Of a stretch of DNA of 64,000 nt, positions 30,643 through 40,828 are shown piece by piece. A model generated the notes under the pieces. It saw only the letters and a program-made list of their open reading frames with translations. It made no database searches and was not told the DNA's origin. The stretch is from Dehalococcoidia bacterium. Its GTDB lineage: Bacteria > Chloroflexota > Dehalococcoidia > SM23-28-2 > RBG-16-64-32. How positions within the stretch are numbered: the stretch's first letter is position 1; every line of letters begins with the position of its first letter. Location of the stretch: contig CAXXTF010000002.1 in NCBI GenBank assembly GCA_963665775.2, forward strand, positions 1 to 64,000. Direction: 5' to 3'. Position numbers and translations under genes: made by a program.

Positions 30643-31734
30643 ATGGCGCAGGAGAGCGGGAACGTCAGCGTCCGCATCGACAGTATGCAGGCGTTGGCCG
30701 AGCGCCTGTTGGCGACTTTGGGCGTTCCGGAGGCTGACGCCCGCCTAACGGTCGAGACCCTGATAGAGGCCGACCTGCGCGGGGTGGAATCGCACGGCAT
30801 CGCCCACCTCGCCGCCTTCTATGTCCACCGTCTAAGGCGCAGGCTCATCAACCCAGAGCCGAATATCCAGGTGGTCAGCGACGCCCCGGCGGCCGCCGTG
30901 ATGGACGGCGACCAGGGGCTGGGATTCGTGGTGGCGCATCGGGCCATCGACCTGGCGGTGGAGAAGGCGGCGGCCACGGGCGTCGGGTTCGTGAGCGTGA
31001 AGAGCAGCACCCACTACGGGGCCGGCTTCCACTACGCCCTCAAGGCGGCCAGGCGAGGGCTGATCGGCATCTCCATGACCACCGGCGGCAACGTCGTCGT
31101 CCCGCCCGGCGCCAGGAGGCCCACGTACGGCGCTAACGTGATAAGCGTGGCGGCGCCAACCGGCAAAGGCTTCGAGTACGTGCATGACGGCTCGACCAGC
31201 GTCGTCGCCGCAGGGAAACTGGAGATCGCGGCGCAGCTGGGCAGGCCGATCCCAGAGGGGTGGGCCCTGGACCAGAACGGCGCTCCCACCACCGACCCGA
31301 CAGTGCTGGCCCGGGGCGGCGGGCTGCTCCCCTTGGGCGGCTCGCCGCAGATGGGGGCGTACAAGGGGTTCGCTCTGGGCATCTTTGCCGATGTCATGTC
31401 CGGCGTTCTCTCGGGCTCAGGCGCCAGCCTCACCCTTCCCGGGACGGGCGCCGCCAGCCACCTGTTGGCCGCCCTGCGCATCGACGCCTTCCTGCCGATA
31501 TCCGAGTTTATCCGTCACATGGACGAGATGATCGAGGGCTTGAAGGCCGCAGAGCGTCAGCCCGGTGTGGATGAGATCCTTATCCCCGGCGAGCCGGAGG
31601 CGCGCCTGGAGCGGCAGCGACGAGCGGAAGGCGCCATCCCTCTTCACCCCGCCGTCATCGAAAGCCTAAGGGACGCGGCGGAGAAGCTGAACGGTCCGTT
31701 CGATCTCTCCGGACAGGAGGAGACCCACCACTGA
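30643..31734 (+). CDS. Ldh_2-family oxidoreductase (malate/L-lactate/ureidoglycolate dehydrogenase-like)
   Basis: ADLRGVESHG, SSTHYGA, IPEGWALD..G.PTTDP, LLPLGG...YKG; start at MAQESG after GGGAGG. Confidence 0.92.
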   Translation: MAQESGNVSVRIDSMQALAERLLATLGVPEADARLTVETLIEADLRGVESHGIAHLAAFYVHRLRRRLINPEPNIQVVSDAPAAAVMDGDQGLGFVVAHRAIDLAVEKAAATGVGFVSVKSSTHYGAGFHYALKAARRGLIGISMTTGGNVVVPPGARRPTYGANVISVAAPTGKGFEYVHDGSTSVVAAGKLEIAAQLGRPIPEGWALDQNGAPTTDPTVLARGGGLLPLGGSPQMGAYKGFALGIFADVMSGVLSGSGASLTLPGTGAASHLLAALRIDAFLPISEFIRHMDEMIEGLKAAERQPGVDEILIPGEPEARLERQRRAEGAIPLHPAVIESLRDAAEKLNGPFDLSGQEETHH

Positions 31735-31835
31735 CCCTCCAGGAGCTGGCCGCCTGCGCGCTATTACTACATCGACCGTGTGCAACGCCATCGAGACGTG
31801 GCGGAGGACGTGACGGCTTAGTCGCTTTCGCTCCG

Positions 31836-32682
31836 TTATAGGCGCGTAAGCGCGACCTGACCATCGAGTGGATTGATGTCCCGCAGCACAGCCGCCCCGC
31901 ACTGTGCAGCTCGGGCGCAGGACTCCTCAATCCCCAGTCCACAGGCCAGGTACCACGTAAGTGCGCCGGCGAAGCTATCACCCGCCCCGTAAGCTCCCCT
32001 TAGGCGCCCTGAGACGTGAGAACCGCGGAAGCGTGTCCGTCCCTAGGGCGGTCTCTATTTCGCCGCCTTCTTTGCCCCCGGTCATAACCGATACTTTGGG
32101 AGGCACGGGATAGTCGACGAGGCCATGAGCCTCCCTGGGATCAAGCCTGCTCCCAACGACAACATCGGCCTGGACACCAGAGCGGACTAAGGCGTCGAAC
32201 CGCCGTGACGTAACCACGAGAACCCTTGAAGCCCGTGCGGCCCGGAGGAGTTCTGCATCTTCCCCAGTGAAGTAGATGGCGTCGAAGCCGTCGAGTAGAT
32301 CCCACGGCAAGGGATCCGCGATGATGGGATGAAGGGGCTCCCCCTGGACGAAGATGGTTCGCTTTCCGTCCGGAGTAACAACGACGAGGTCGCGTGTGTG
32401 AGGCCGATCGCGGTAGGCGATATGGACGGTAGCATTGGTCGCATGCACCCGATCGGAGACGAGCTGGCCAGCATCGTCGTTCCCGAGGGCTGTAAACAAG
32501 TGAACCTCAGCCGGACTCCGCGTGAGTTGAAAGAAGGCGAGGCCTCCGCCTCCCCCCGGAATGGTGACCACATCGTCCAGGTGTGCGATTTCACCTGGTG
32601 TTGGGAGACTAGGAGCAGAAGCGATGCTTACGTGCTCGACATGGCCGATAACGGCGATCCGAAGTTGCTCCTTACCACTCAA
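31836..32682 (-). pseudogene. PfkB-family carbohydrate kinase, frameshifted near 32040
   Basis: N-terminal PGGGGG/ALGND; the GAYGAGDSFAGAL signature lies in another frame ending at 31836. Confidence 0.8.
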
Positions 32683-32882
32683 GGCGCAGGGCCTCCTATC
32701 ACATCCGTCGCCCAGACTCGCACTTCGTCCACTCCGGTGGATTTCGGTAGCCAGTCGATGCCCAACTGCTCTGAGAACGCATATTTCTCGCTAGACGCCG
32801 GTTTTTGCAGGGGCTGTGCCACATTGAGTTCCTCTGCCGAGTCCTGTAAGATTGTGTCGATTTTCCAACGAAGGAGGTACCC

Positions 32883-33164
32883 ATGCTCTACGGACTGGGA
32901 ATTCCGAGATGGCTCCGGCTGTATGTGGGCGTATTGGCTGCCGCCCTGCTGATTGTCGCCCTCGTCGCACACGTTATCGGCTCCCTTGTCGTGGCCGCGA
33001 ATGTTAACCCCTTGCTCGGTCTGGCCATGTTGGCTCTGGCATGGCCTGTCGCTGGCATCAGTGCGGTTTCCCTCGCACTGCTGTGGCTCGTCTCTGTCAT
33101 GGGCTTTTGGAAGCTAGGGCGACTATTGCTCTCCATCGCTCGGCCCGCTCATGCCAGTGGCTGA
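32883..33164 (+). CDS. Small membrane protein
   Basis: SD AGGAGG; 93 aa, two or three hydrophobic helices. Confidence 0.6.
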   Translation: MLYGLGIPRWLRLYVGVLAAALLIVALVAHVIGSLVVAANVNPLLGLAMLALAWPVAGISAVSLALLWLVSVMGFWKLGRLLLSIARPAHASG

Positions 33165-33336
33165 TAGTTACCGCCAGCTCGCACCGCCCGCAGGTTAGAT
33201 CCGGCAGAACCACTGAGCGTCGGTTACCGCGCCGGAGGTCGGGCATTCCCTCAGCTGAGCCCTTGGGCGCTGCGTCGATCTGTACGCTGTGGTCCCCGGC
33301 CCAGGCGTGGTGAGGCGAGCTCAATAATACCTATTG

Positions 33337-33543
33337 TTATCTGGGATCCTCTTGAACGGTGCGGATATGTGCCCGCATCCTGCCGAAGAGTTCTGGGCCG
33401 AACCCTTTCTATCCATGCGCAGCGATGGCGTGCTCTGCACACCTATCGACCACTTCTTGGATAGTTCCTCCCCGTGCCGTGAAGTCGCAATCAACACCTA
33501 CGTCTCGACAGCACAGCTCCTTATGTTCCTTGGATTCCTTCAT
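33337..33543 (-). pseudogene. DUF1059-type small metal-binding protein with in-frame TAG (missing from ORF track)
   Basis: SD GAGGAGG; MKESKEHKELCCRDVGVDCDFTARG..QEVV..CAEHAIAAHG*KGFGPELFGRMRAHIRTV; TAG at 33409-33411. Confidence 0.8.
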
Positions 33544-33876
33544 CGCCGCGCCCTCCTCGAGATTGGGCACACACCGGTCGACTATGAACTGGCAGCCGGA
33601 GCGGACATGGCACTATCGTACTACAACCCGAATCACTTACGGTGATGAGGAAGCGGCGAGTCATACCACCGATTCGATTGCGGGCGCGTAGGATGGCAGC
33701 TTAGGACGAGAATCAAGGGGATGGGCCTCCCCTCGCAGCCATCCCCGTACACTCCGACGAAGGCAAAAAGTGTTTGCAGACCCAATGGCGCAGACAAATA
33801 CGCCAGGAGCGAGACTAGACCTGGAGCAAGCCACCAGACAATGTTACGGCGGACCCGTCTGCGCGGTGCTCGGGCG

Positions 33877-33896
33877 TATAATGGTTGCAGGGAGGT
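33877..33896 (+). promoter_or_regulatory. -10 box and SD of the archease-rtcB operon
   Basis: TATAAT at 33877-33882; GGAGGT at 33891-33896. Confidence 0.6.
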
Positions 33897-33901
33897 GTAA
33901 C

Positions 33902-34330
33902 ACGAACTCGCCCCGTCCGCCCTTCGAGGTTCTGGAGCACACGGCCGATGCGGGCATCGTCGCCCACGGAGCGAACCTGGCGGAGCTCTTCGCCAACGCT
34001 GGAGTCGGGATGTTCGCCCTCATGGTGGAGCTGGATACGGTTCAAGAGCGAGAGGAACGGCTGATCCAGGTGGAGGGACAGAACCGGGAGAGCTTGCTCG
34101 TGCATTGGCTTACTGAGCTGCTGTACTACCTGGACGCACAGCAGATGCTCTTCCGCCGCTTCGAGATCGAGGAGTTGACCGAGACGGGTCTGCGGGCCCG
34201 AGGGTTCGGGGACACCATCGACAGAGAACGGCACCAGCTGCACTTCGGGGTGAAGGCGGTAACTCGGCACATGCTGGAGATCGCGCGGGAGAGCGCCGGC
34301 TACCGAGCGACGGTGCTGTTCGACATCTGA
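33902..34330 (+). CDS. Archease (RtcB activator); start uncertain, probably ACG at 33902
   Basis: FEVLEHTADAG, LLVHWLTELLY, VKAVTRH, VLFDI C-terminus. Confidence 0.92.
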   Translation, partial: TNSPRPPFEVLEHTADAGIVAHGANLAELFANAGVGMFALMVELDTVQEREERLIQVEGQNRESLLVHWLTELLYYLDAQQMLFRRFEIEELTETGLRARGFGDTIDRERHQLHFGVKAVTRHMLEIARESAGYRATVLFDI

Positions 34331-34355
34331 CCCGGCTCCCTCAGAGGAGACAGCG

Positions 34356-35819
34356 ATGGTCAAGAGTTGGAAAGCCGTCCTAGAGAGGCTCGACGACTGG
34401 CGGTGGATACTTCCCCAGGAGTATAAGCCAGGGATGCGAGCCCCTGGCATGATCTTCGCCTCGGAGAAGATGCTCAACCTCATCGGGCAGGATCAGGCGA
34501 TTGAACAGGTGGCCAACGTCGCCTTCCTGCCGGGGATCGTGAACTACTCCATGGCGATGCCCGACATCCACTGGGGTTACGGCTTCCCCATCGGCGGCGT
34601 GGCGGCGATGCGGGTCGAGGACGGGGTCATCTCGCCGGGGGGCGTGGGGTTCGATATCAACTGCGGAACCCGGCTCCTTCGCACGAACCTCTCGGAGGAG
34701 GAAGTGCGCCCGCGCCTCAAGGAGCTGGTGGACCAGATCTTCTGCGACATTCCGGCGGGGATCGGCGGTTCCGGACTGGTTCGCGTCTCGCCCAAGGAGA
34801 TCGATGCGGTGCTGACGAAGGGCGCGAGGTGGGCGCTAGAGCAGGGATACGCCTGGCCGGAGGACCTGGCGATGATAGAGGGCGGCGGCGCCCTTCCAGG
34901 AGCTAACCCAGACATGGTGAGCCGGCGGGCCAAGGAGCGGGGCGGCCCCCAGCTGGGCACCCTCGGTTCCGGCAACCACTTCCTGGAGTTGCAGGTCGTC
35001 GACGAACTGTTCGACCCGGAGGCTGCAGCCGTTATGGGGATAACCGGCCCAGGCCAGGTCATCGTCTTCATCCACACCGGCTCGCGCGGGTTAGGTCACC
35101 AGACCTGTCAGGACTACCTGGACGTTATGGAGACGGCGGCGGAGCGCTACGATATCCGCCTACCGGACAAGCAGCTGGCCTGCGCTCCGGTGAAGTCCAG
35201 GGAGGGACAGGATTACCTGAGCGCGATGACGGCAGCGGCCAACTTCGCCTTCTGCAACCGCCAGCTCATCGCGCACTGGATACGGGAAGCGTTCCAACGA
35301 GTGTTCGGCCGGGACGCGCGTGAGGAGCTGGGAATGTTTCTGGTGTATGACGTTGCCCACAACATCGCCAAGATAGAGCGGCACCGGTCGAACGGGCGGG
35401 AGATGACGGTATGCGTTCACCGGAAGGGAGCAACGCGGGCCTTCCCGCCCGGCCACCCGGACCTGCCAGCGGCGTATCAACGCATCGGACAGCCAGTACT
35501 GGTACCTGGGGACATGGGGCGCTATTCGTACATAGCTGTCGGCACCCAGCAGGCGATGGCGGAGACGTGGGGCTCCACCTGTCACGGGGCCGGACGGGTG
35601 CAGAGCCGCCAGGCCGCGAAACGGATGCTGAAGGGGGTGGACGTAGGCCGGCGGCTGGCTGAGCGCGGCATATACGTGCGGGCGCAGAACCGCGGCTTGC
35701 TGGCGGAGGAGGCCAGCGAGGCCTACAAGGATGTGGCCCAGGTAGTGGATGTGCTGCACCAGGCAGGCATCTCCCGGAAGGTGGCGCGAATGCGGCCCAT
35801 AGGGGTGGTGAAGGGATAG
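34356..35819 (+). CDS. rtcB: RtcB RNA ligase (archaeal/eukaryote-like subtype)
   Basis: MPDIHWGYGFPIGG, GFDINCG, GTLGSGNHFLE, HTGSRG, HNIAK, HRKGAT, PGDMG, CHGAGR, EEASEAYK. Confidence 0.97.
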   Translation: MVKSWKAVLERLDDWRWILPQEYKPGMRAPGMIFASEKMLNLIGQDQAIEQVANVAFLPGIVNYSMAMPDIHWGYGFPIGGVAAMRVEDGVISPGGVGFDINCGTRLLRTNLSEEEVRPRLKELVDQIFCDIPAGIGGSGLVRVSPKEIDAVLTKGARWALEQGYAWPEDLAMIEGGGALPGANPDMVSRRAKERGGPQLGTLGSGNHFLELQVVDELFDPEAAAVMGITGPGQVIVFIHTGSRGLGHQTCQDYLDVMETAAERYDIRLPDKQLACAPVKSREGQDYLSAMTAAANFAFCNRQLIAHWIREAFQRVFGRDAREELGMFLVYDVAHNIAKIERHRSNGREMTVCVHRKGATRAFPPGHPDLPAAYQRIGQPVLVPGDMGRYSYIAVGTQQAMAETWGSTCHGAGRVQSRQAAKRMLKGVDVGRRLAERGIYVRAQNRGLLAEEASEAYKDVAQVVDVLHQAGISRKVARMRPIGVVKG

Positions 35820-35855
35820 ACGCCAGGGCACCCCGTGGGCCGTTCATTTTGGCAC

Positions 35856-35886
35856 TGTGGGGTGCCGAAACCCCATCCGTATCTGA
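35856..35886 (+). repeat. Best-preserved copy of dispersed ~30-bp repeat
   Basis: TGTGGGGTGCCGAAACCCCATCCGTATCTGA. Confidence 0.75.
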
Positions 35887-36030
35887 CATCGGGCGACCAA
35901 CATTGGATCTACGTTCTGTACGGGAATAGGGGACCCATTCAGGCCGTAGGTCGGTTGAGCGGGGTGGGGGCTCGCTGGGCTTGACGGCTTCCCGTCCACA
36001 CGCCGCGGCTCCCTGTCAGAGCGCCAAGAT

Positions 36031-37380
36031 TCAGCGGTAGCCAGGGCGTCCCAGGCTCAGGAACAGCCCGGCCGCCACCACGAGAAGTGCCGAAAAGATC
36101 AGGAAGGCCAGCTGGTAGCTACCGGTCGCGTCATGAACGTAGGCCGCGAACAGAGGCCCGAGCACCATGCCACCCATCTGAACAGTCCCCGACAGGCCGC
36201 TGATGGTGCCGAACGCCCGCCGACCAAAGTAGTCCGCCCGTATCGTCGGCAAGACGGCCACCGAGGCGCCAAAGGAGGGACCGTAGATGGCCACGAACAG
36301 TAGCACCATCCATAGCGTCTGGGCGTAAGCGAGAGTAAGGGAGGCCACGGCCAGCATGAGGGTAGAGATCACCACCACCCGCTTGCTTCCGTAACAGTCG
36401 CACAGCCAGCCGCCGCCTAGCCTGCCGATCAGGCTTACCAGGCCGATACTCCCTAGAACACTGGCGGCCAGAGCGCTGGAGTAGCCGAGGTCCTCAATCA
36501 GGGGAATGGCATGAAGCATGACCGAGCCGCTAACCAGCAGGCGCAGTCCGAAGCCAAGACCGATCATCCAGAAGTCACGACTTCTGAGGGCCTCTCGCGC
36601 GGTCATGCCTAATTCGGATTCGGCGTCCGGCCCCGCCGTCCCCGCGACGGCCGAGGCCTCCACGGCCTCGGCCGGGAAGACGGTCGACGCCTCCACCGCG
36701 CCTGGCTCCGGGCTTCCCTGATCCCCCCTCACCTCGCCGTCCGGACGCTGGCCGTAGAATTCAGGCCTCCTCCTCATGACCAGGGCGGTGGGGATACCCA
36801 CTGCCAGCATGCCGACGCCCGAGGCCACGTAAGCGGCCCGCCAGCCGAATTCGTCGATGAACAGGGCCAGTAGGGGAACCCCGGCGGCGCCTAGGGCAGT
36901 TGCCCCCCGCAAGAAACCGAAAGCCGTCCCCCTTCTCTTGATGAACCAGTTGGCCACCGTGGTATCCATTGGGACGGTCAGGCTCAGGCTGCTGCCCACG
37001 CCGACGAGGAGGATGTAGATCAGGTAGAACTCCAGCAACGAGTCGATTCTGGAGAGGAGTACCAGGCCCGTGGACATGATGGTAATGCCGATCAGCATCG
37101 TGAATCGGGGCCCGTACCTGTCGACGATGAAGCCCCCTAGACCGCCTAACAGCCCGCTCTCTAGCGATGACAGGGAGAGAGCCCCTGCCAGCTGGGCCCT
37201 CCCCCATCCAAAATCATCGAGGAGGCGCTTATAGAACAGACCGGCACCATAGGCGCCGGTCATGCCGTAGACGGCCCAGACAGCGCATTCAGCGGCCACG
37301 ATCCACCAGCCGTAGAACATCCTGATCCGTGGCAAGCGTTGCTCCCGCGGCCTGGGACCTCGGTCCTGTGGAAGATCCAA
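36031..37380 (-). CDS. MFS transporter (OFA/monocarboxylate-like)
   Basis: FYGWWIV, GFIVDRYGPR, ANWFIKRRG, DYFGRRAFGTI; 12 TM pattern. Confidence 0.92.
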   Translation of the reverse strand: MDLPQDRGPRPREQRLPRIRMFYGWWIVAAECAVWAVYGMTGAYGAGLFYKRLLDDFGWGRAQLAGALSLSSLESGLLGGLGGFIVDRYGPRFTMLIGITIMSTGLVLLSRIDSLLEFYLIYILLVGVGSSLSLTVPMDTTVANWFIKRRGTAFGFLRGATALGAAGVPLLALFIDEFGWRAAYVASGVGMLAVGIPTALVMRRRPEFYGQRPDGEVRGDQGSPEPGAVEASTVFPAEAVEASAVAGTAGPDAESELGMTAREALRSRDFWMIGLGFGLRLLVSGSVMLHAIPLIEDLGYSSALAASVLGSIGLVSLIGRLGGGWLCDCYGSKRVVVISTLMLAVASLTLAYAQTLWMVLLFVAIYGPSFGASVAVLPTIRADYFGRRAFGTISGLSGTVQMGGMVLGPLFAAYVHDATGSYQLAFLIFSALLVVAAGLFLSLGRPGYR

Positions 37381-37641
37381 AAGCAGCTACCTCAGAGGCC
37401 GCCGTACTCATCCCTTACCTCACCGGGCCTGGCCGACCCTGTCTGCCGGATGAGGTGGCCGTGAACCGCGCGGCCCCGATCCCGTTCAATCCCGCGCTCT
37501 GATCCGGTGGTCGGCGCCGCTTTATCCGCCGTCACGCGCCGCCGCCGAGTCGAGAACCGATCCTTAGACCGTGATTTTGCCCCGCCCTTAGACACCCTGT
37601 CAAACCCGAAGGCGGGCTCGTCGGCGCCCAGCCAACGGGCC

Positions 37642-37830
37642 GGGGGAGCTGCTAGGGGTTAATGGGAACCCAAGACCGGCCAGGAGTGGAACAACGCCGT
37701 CGGCTCTGAGCCTCACCTGGAACCTGAGCCGGCCGGCGTGACAGCGCCGATAATCGGTACGAAGAGCCTGGAGCAGGTGGTCCGGTAGGAGTCTCGAGAT
37801 CCAGGGACGCGTATTACCCCGCATTTCCCG
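37642..37830. ncRNA. Candidate structured non-coding RNA (~190 nt), class unresolved
   Basis: Nested complementarity: tgc..ggggttaat/attaccccgca, accggcca/tggtccggt, acgccgtcggctc/gagccggccggcgt; long intergenic region. Confidence 0.3.
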
Positions 37831-37960
37831 TATCAAATCGGGAGACTGAACCCAAATCGGTGTGCTAGCATGGCAATGGTGTCCGTCGACCTCAGGCACT
37901 GTTGAAGTCTCTGGCGGGAGAGGCGGCTGGTACCGCCGTCCGCCAAGCTTGGAGGATTGA

Positions 37961-40828
37961 CTGAACAGAATTAGCTTTTCTCGTCGTGGGCAGGAGCTTG
38001 GGCCGCCGCCACCCCCCTTCCGTGACGTACTCTCCGGCGACCGTTCCGAGCTTCCTCACTGGCTGCTTCGGTGGCGCTTTTGGATAGCGGCTATCGGCGG
38101 CCTCATCGTACTGTTTATCGTACTCAACTACGCCCGCAGCCTCTACGCCGACTGGCTCTGGTTTGACAGCATAGGTTACCTCTCCGTCTACCGGAAGGTG
38201 CTTGTAATGCGGCTGGCCCTATTCTTCGGGTCGTCCAGCCTCTTCCTGGTGCTCCTTGCTGTCAACCTGGTGCTGGCGCGACGGATCGTCCCGCTGCAGC
38301 CCGTTCTATTATCGGCCCTGCTGCCCGAGGGCGACATCGCTGCCTTGCGACGGCTGGCGACGCTCCTCCTGGTGGCAGGCGCCGTATTGGCGGCATTCCT
38401 GTTCGGTGCGGCGTTCGCCGGCCAATGGGATACCATTCTCCTCTGGCTCAATGCCGAGTCGTTTGGTGTCACTGAAGAAGCCTTCGGTCGTGACGTCTCG
38501 TTCTACGTCTTCACACTGCCGGCGCTGGAGTTCATTCAGAGTTGGGGCCTGGCGGTGGCCGTGGTCATCACCATCTTCACGGCCCTCTCCTATGCCTATA
38601 GCTTTGGCCTGCGGCGGTTTGCTGTCGTGGTGCCGAGGGCGGTCAAGGGGCATCTGTCCCTGCTGCTGGTCGTCATCTTGGGCCTGTTCACCTGGGGCTA
38701 CTGGCTGGACCGGTTTGGCCTGGCTCTGTCGGAAAACGGTGCGGTGCTGGGCGCCACCTTCACCGATCTGCACGCCCGCCTGCCCGCCCTCTATATCCTC
38801 ATGGCGATGGCATTGCTGGCGGCGCTGCTAATCGTCGCCAATACCTTTCGCAAAGGCCTCCTATTGCCAGCCCTGGGACTTGGCGGCTGGCTGCTGGCGG
38901 TGATCGTGGCCGGCAACATATACCCGGCCATCTTGCAACGGACCAACGTCCAGCCCAACGAGTTCGAGAAGGAACAGGTCTATATTCAGCGGAACATGGA
39001 CTTCACTCGCCTCGCCTATGGGCTGGACAACGTCGTCACAAACGAGTTCGCCAGCGAGCCTGTCGTCAGCGCCGAGGCCATCCTCCGCAACGCCGACACT
39101 CTCCAGAACGTGCGGTTGTGGGATCATCGGCCGCTGCGCCAAACCTATAACCAGCTACAGACCTTGCGCCCGCAGTACATCTTCAGTGACGTGGATGTGG
39201 ACCGCTACGTCATCAACGGCGAGTATCGTCAGGTAATGTTGGGGGCGCGTGAGCTCTCACCGACTAGGGTGGCCGCGGAGTCGCCCGGCTGGATCAACGG
39301 GCGACTGAAGTTTACACACGGCTACGGGCTGGCCATGAGCCCGGTCACCGAGTTCAGCGAGGAGGGGCGGCCCACTCTGTTCGTCAAGGACCTGCCAGTA
39401 TCGGGGGAGCTTACGGTATCGAGGCCGCAGATCTACTACGGGGAGAGAACCGGCAACTACGTCATCGTCAACAGCAAAGAGAAGGAGTTTGACTTCGTCA
39501 GCGAGTTCGAAACCACATACACCAGCCACGGCGCCGAAGGGGGCATTCTCCTCGACTCCTTCATTCGCCGCCTGGTCTACGCCTGGGAGTTGGCCGACAT
39601 CAATATCCTGATCAGCGGGCAGATCACGGACGAGAGCCGCCTCCTCATCCGCCGCAACATCCAGGGGCGAATCAACGAGATCGCTCCCTTCCTACGGCTG
39701 GACAGCGACCCCTATCTGGTGGTGTTGGAGCCAACCGCCGACGAGCCGCAAGGGCGCCTGATCTGGATTCAGGACGCCTACACTGTCACTAATCAGTTCC
39801 CGTATTCACAGCGACTGGCCATCGACTTCAACTACATTCGAAACAGCGTGAAGGTGGTGGTCGATGCCTACACGGGCCAGGTCACCTTCTACATCGTTGA
39901 CCCTGACGACCCGATCGTCCGCACCTACGCCAAGATCTTCCCAGACTTGTTTACCCCTGAGGGGGAGATCCCCGATTCAATCCGTGCTCATCTGCGCTAC
40001 CCGGAGGACCTCTTCCGACTGCAGGTTGAAGTCCACCTGACCTATCACATTGAGCGGACGGAAGACCTCTATCAGAAGAACGACCTCTGGGCCGTTCCCA
40101 CCGAGACCTTCATCAGCAACGAGCAAGAAGTATTGCCCTACTACGTCATCATGCGCCTGCCAGGGGAAAGCGAGGCGGAGTTCCTACTGATCCTTCCGGT
40201 CACTCCTGCCGGCCGCCGCAACGCCATTGCCTGGATTGCCGGACGCTCGGACGGTGAGCATCTGGGCGAGCTGGTGGTCTACCAGTTCCAGGCCGGCATC
40301 CAGATCGATGGCCCATCGCAGGTGGAGTCGCGCATCGACCAGGATACTGTCATCTCCCCGCAGTTAACCCTGTTGGGGCAGGAAGGGTCGGAGCTAATCC
40401 GCGGCAACCTGCTGATGATCCCCATCGAGGACTCCATCATGTACATAGAGCCGGTCTATCTCCAAGCCGAGATCAACCCGTTTCCTGAGCTAAAGCGAGT
40501 CATCGTCGTCAACGGTAACCGCATCGTCATGGAGCCGACCCTCGAGCAGGCCTTAGCCAAGGTCATTGATGCGACGCCTGCCGTGCAGCCGGCTCCCACC
40601 GACCCTCCTCCAGCACCTACCACGCCAGAACCTACGCCTACTCCCACGCCTGTGGGAGGAACAGAGGACATCGCCGCCCTGGTACGGGAGGCCCAAGAGG
40701 CGTACGACAGCGCCCAGCAGGCACTGCGCGACGGCGACTTCGCTGGCTACGGTGCCCAGATACAGAGGCTCGAGCAGCTACTGGATCAGCTGGCCGAACT
40801 CACATCGCAGGAGGAGGGTTCCCAATGA
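37961..40828 (+). CDS. UPF0182-family integral membrane protein; 5' end extended 79 codons to a CTG
   Basis: Frame open from CTG 37961 (SD GGAGG at 37951) through LYADWLWFDSIGY; later DVSFYVFTLP, RLWD, DVDRY, FTHGYG, NYIRNSVK, HLRYPEDLF. Confidence 0.92.
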   Translation: MNRISFSRRGQELGPPPPPFRDVLSGDRSELPHWLLRWRFWIAAIGGLIVLFIVLNYARSLYADWLWFDSIGYLSVYRKVLVMRLALFFGSSSLFLVLLAVNLVLARRIVPLQPVLLSALLPEGDIAALRRLATLLLVAGAVLAAFLFGAAFAGQWDTILLWLNAESFGVTEEAFGRDVSFYVFTLPALEFIQSWGLAVAVVITIFTALSYAYSFGLRRFAVVVPRAVKGHLSLLLVVILGLFTWGYWLDRFGLALSENGAVLGATFTDLHARLPALYILMAMALLAALLIVANTFRKGLLLPALGLGGWLLAVIVAGNIYPAILQRTNVQPNEFEKEQVYIQRNMDFTRLAYGLDNVVTNEFASEPVVSAEAILRNADTLQNVRLWDHRPLRQTYNQLQTLRPQYIFSDVDVDRYVINGEYRQVMLGARELSPTRVAAESPGWINGRLKFTHGYGLAMSPVTEFSEEGRPTLFVKDLPVSGELTVSRPQIYYGERTGNYVIVNSKEKEFDFVSEFETTYTSHGAEGGILLDSFIRRLVYAWELADINILISGQITDESRLLIRRNIQGRINEIAPFLRLDSDPYLVVLEPTADEPQGRLIWIQDAYTVTNQFPYSQRLAIDFNYIRNSVKVVVDAYTGQVTFYIVDPDDPIVRTYAKIFPDLFTPEGEIPDSIRAHLRYPEDLFRLQVEVHLTYHIERTEDLYQKNDLWAVPTETFISNEQEVLPYYVIMRLPGESEAEFLLILPVTPAGRRNAIAWIAGRSDGEHLGELVVYQFQAGIQIDGPSQVESRIDQDTVISPQLTLLGQEGSELIRGNLLMIPIEDSIMYIEPVYLQAEINPFPELKRVIVVNGNRIVMEPTLEQALAKVIDATPAVQPAPTDPPPAPTTPEPTPTPTPVGGTEDIAALVREAQEAYDSAQQALRDGDFAGYGAQIQRLEQLLDQLAELTSQEEGSQ

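Noticed and set aside
37913-37945. T-box-like TGGTACCGC
   Set aside because: No stem I, specifier loop or terminator; it is part of a simple GC hairpin ahead of the UPF0182 SD.
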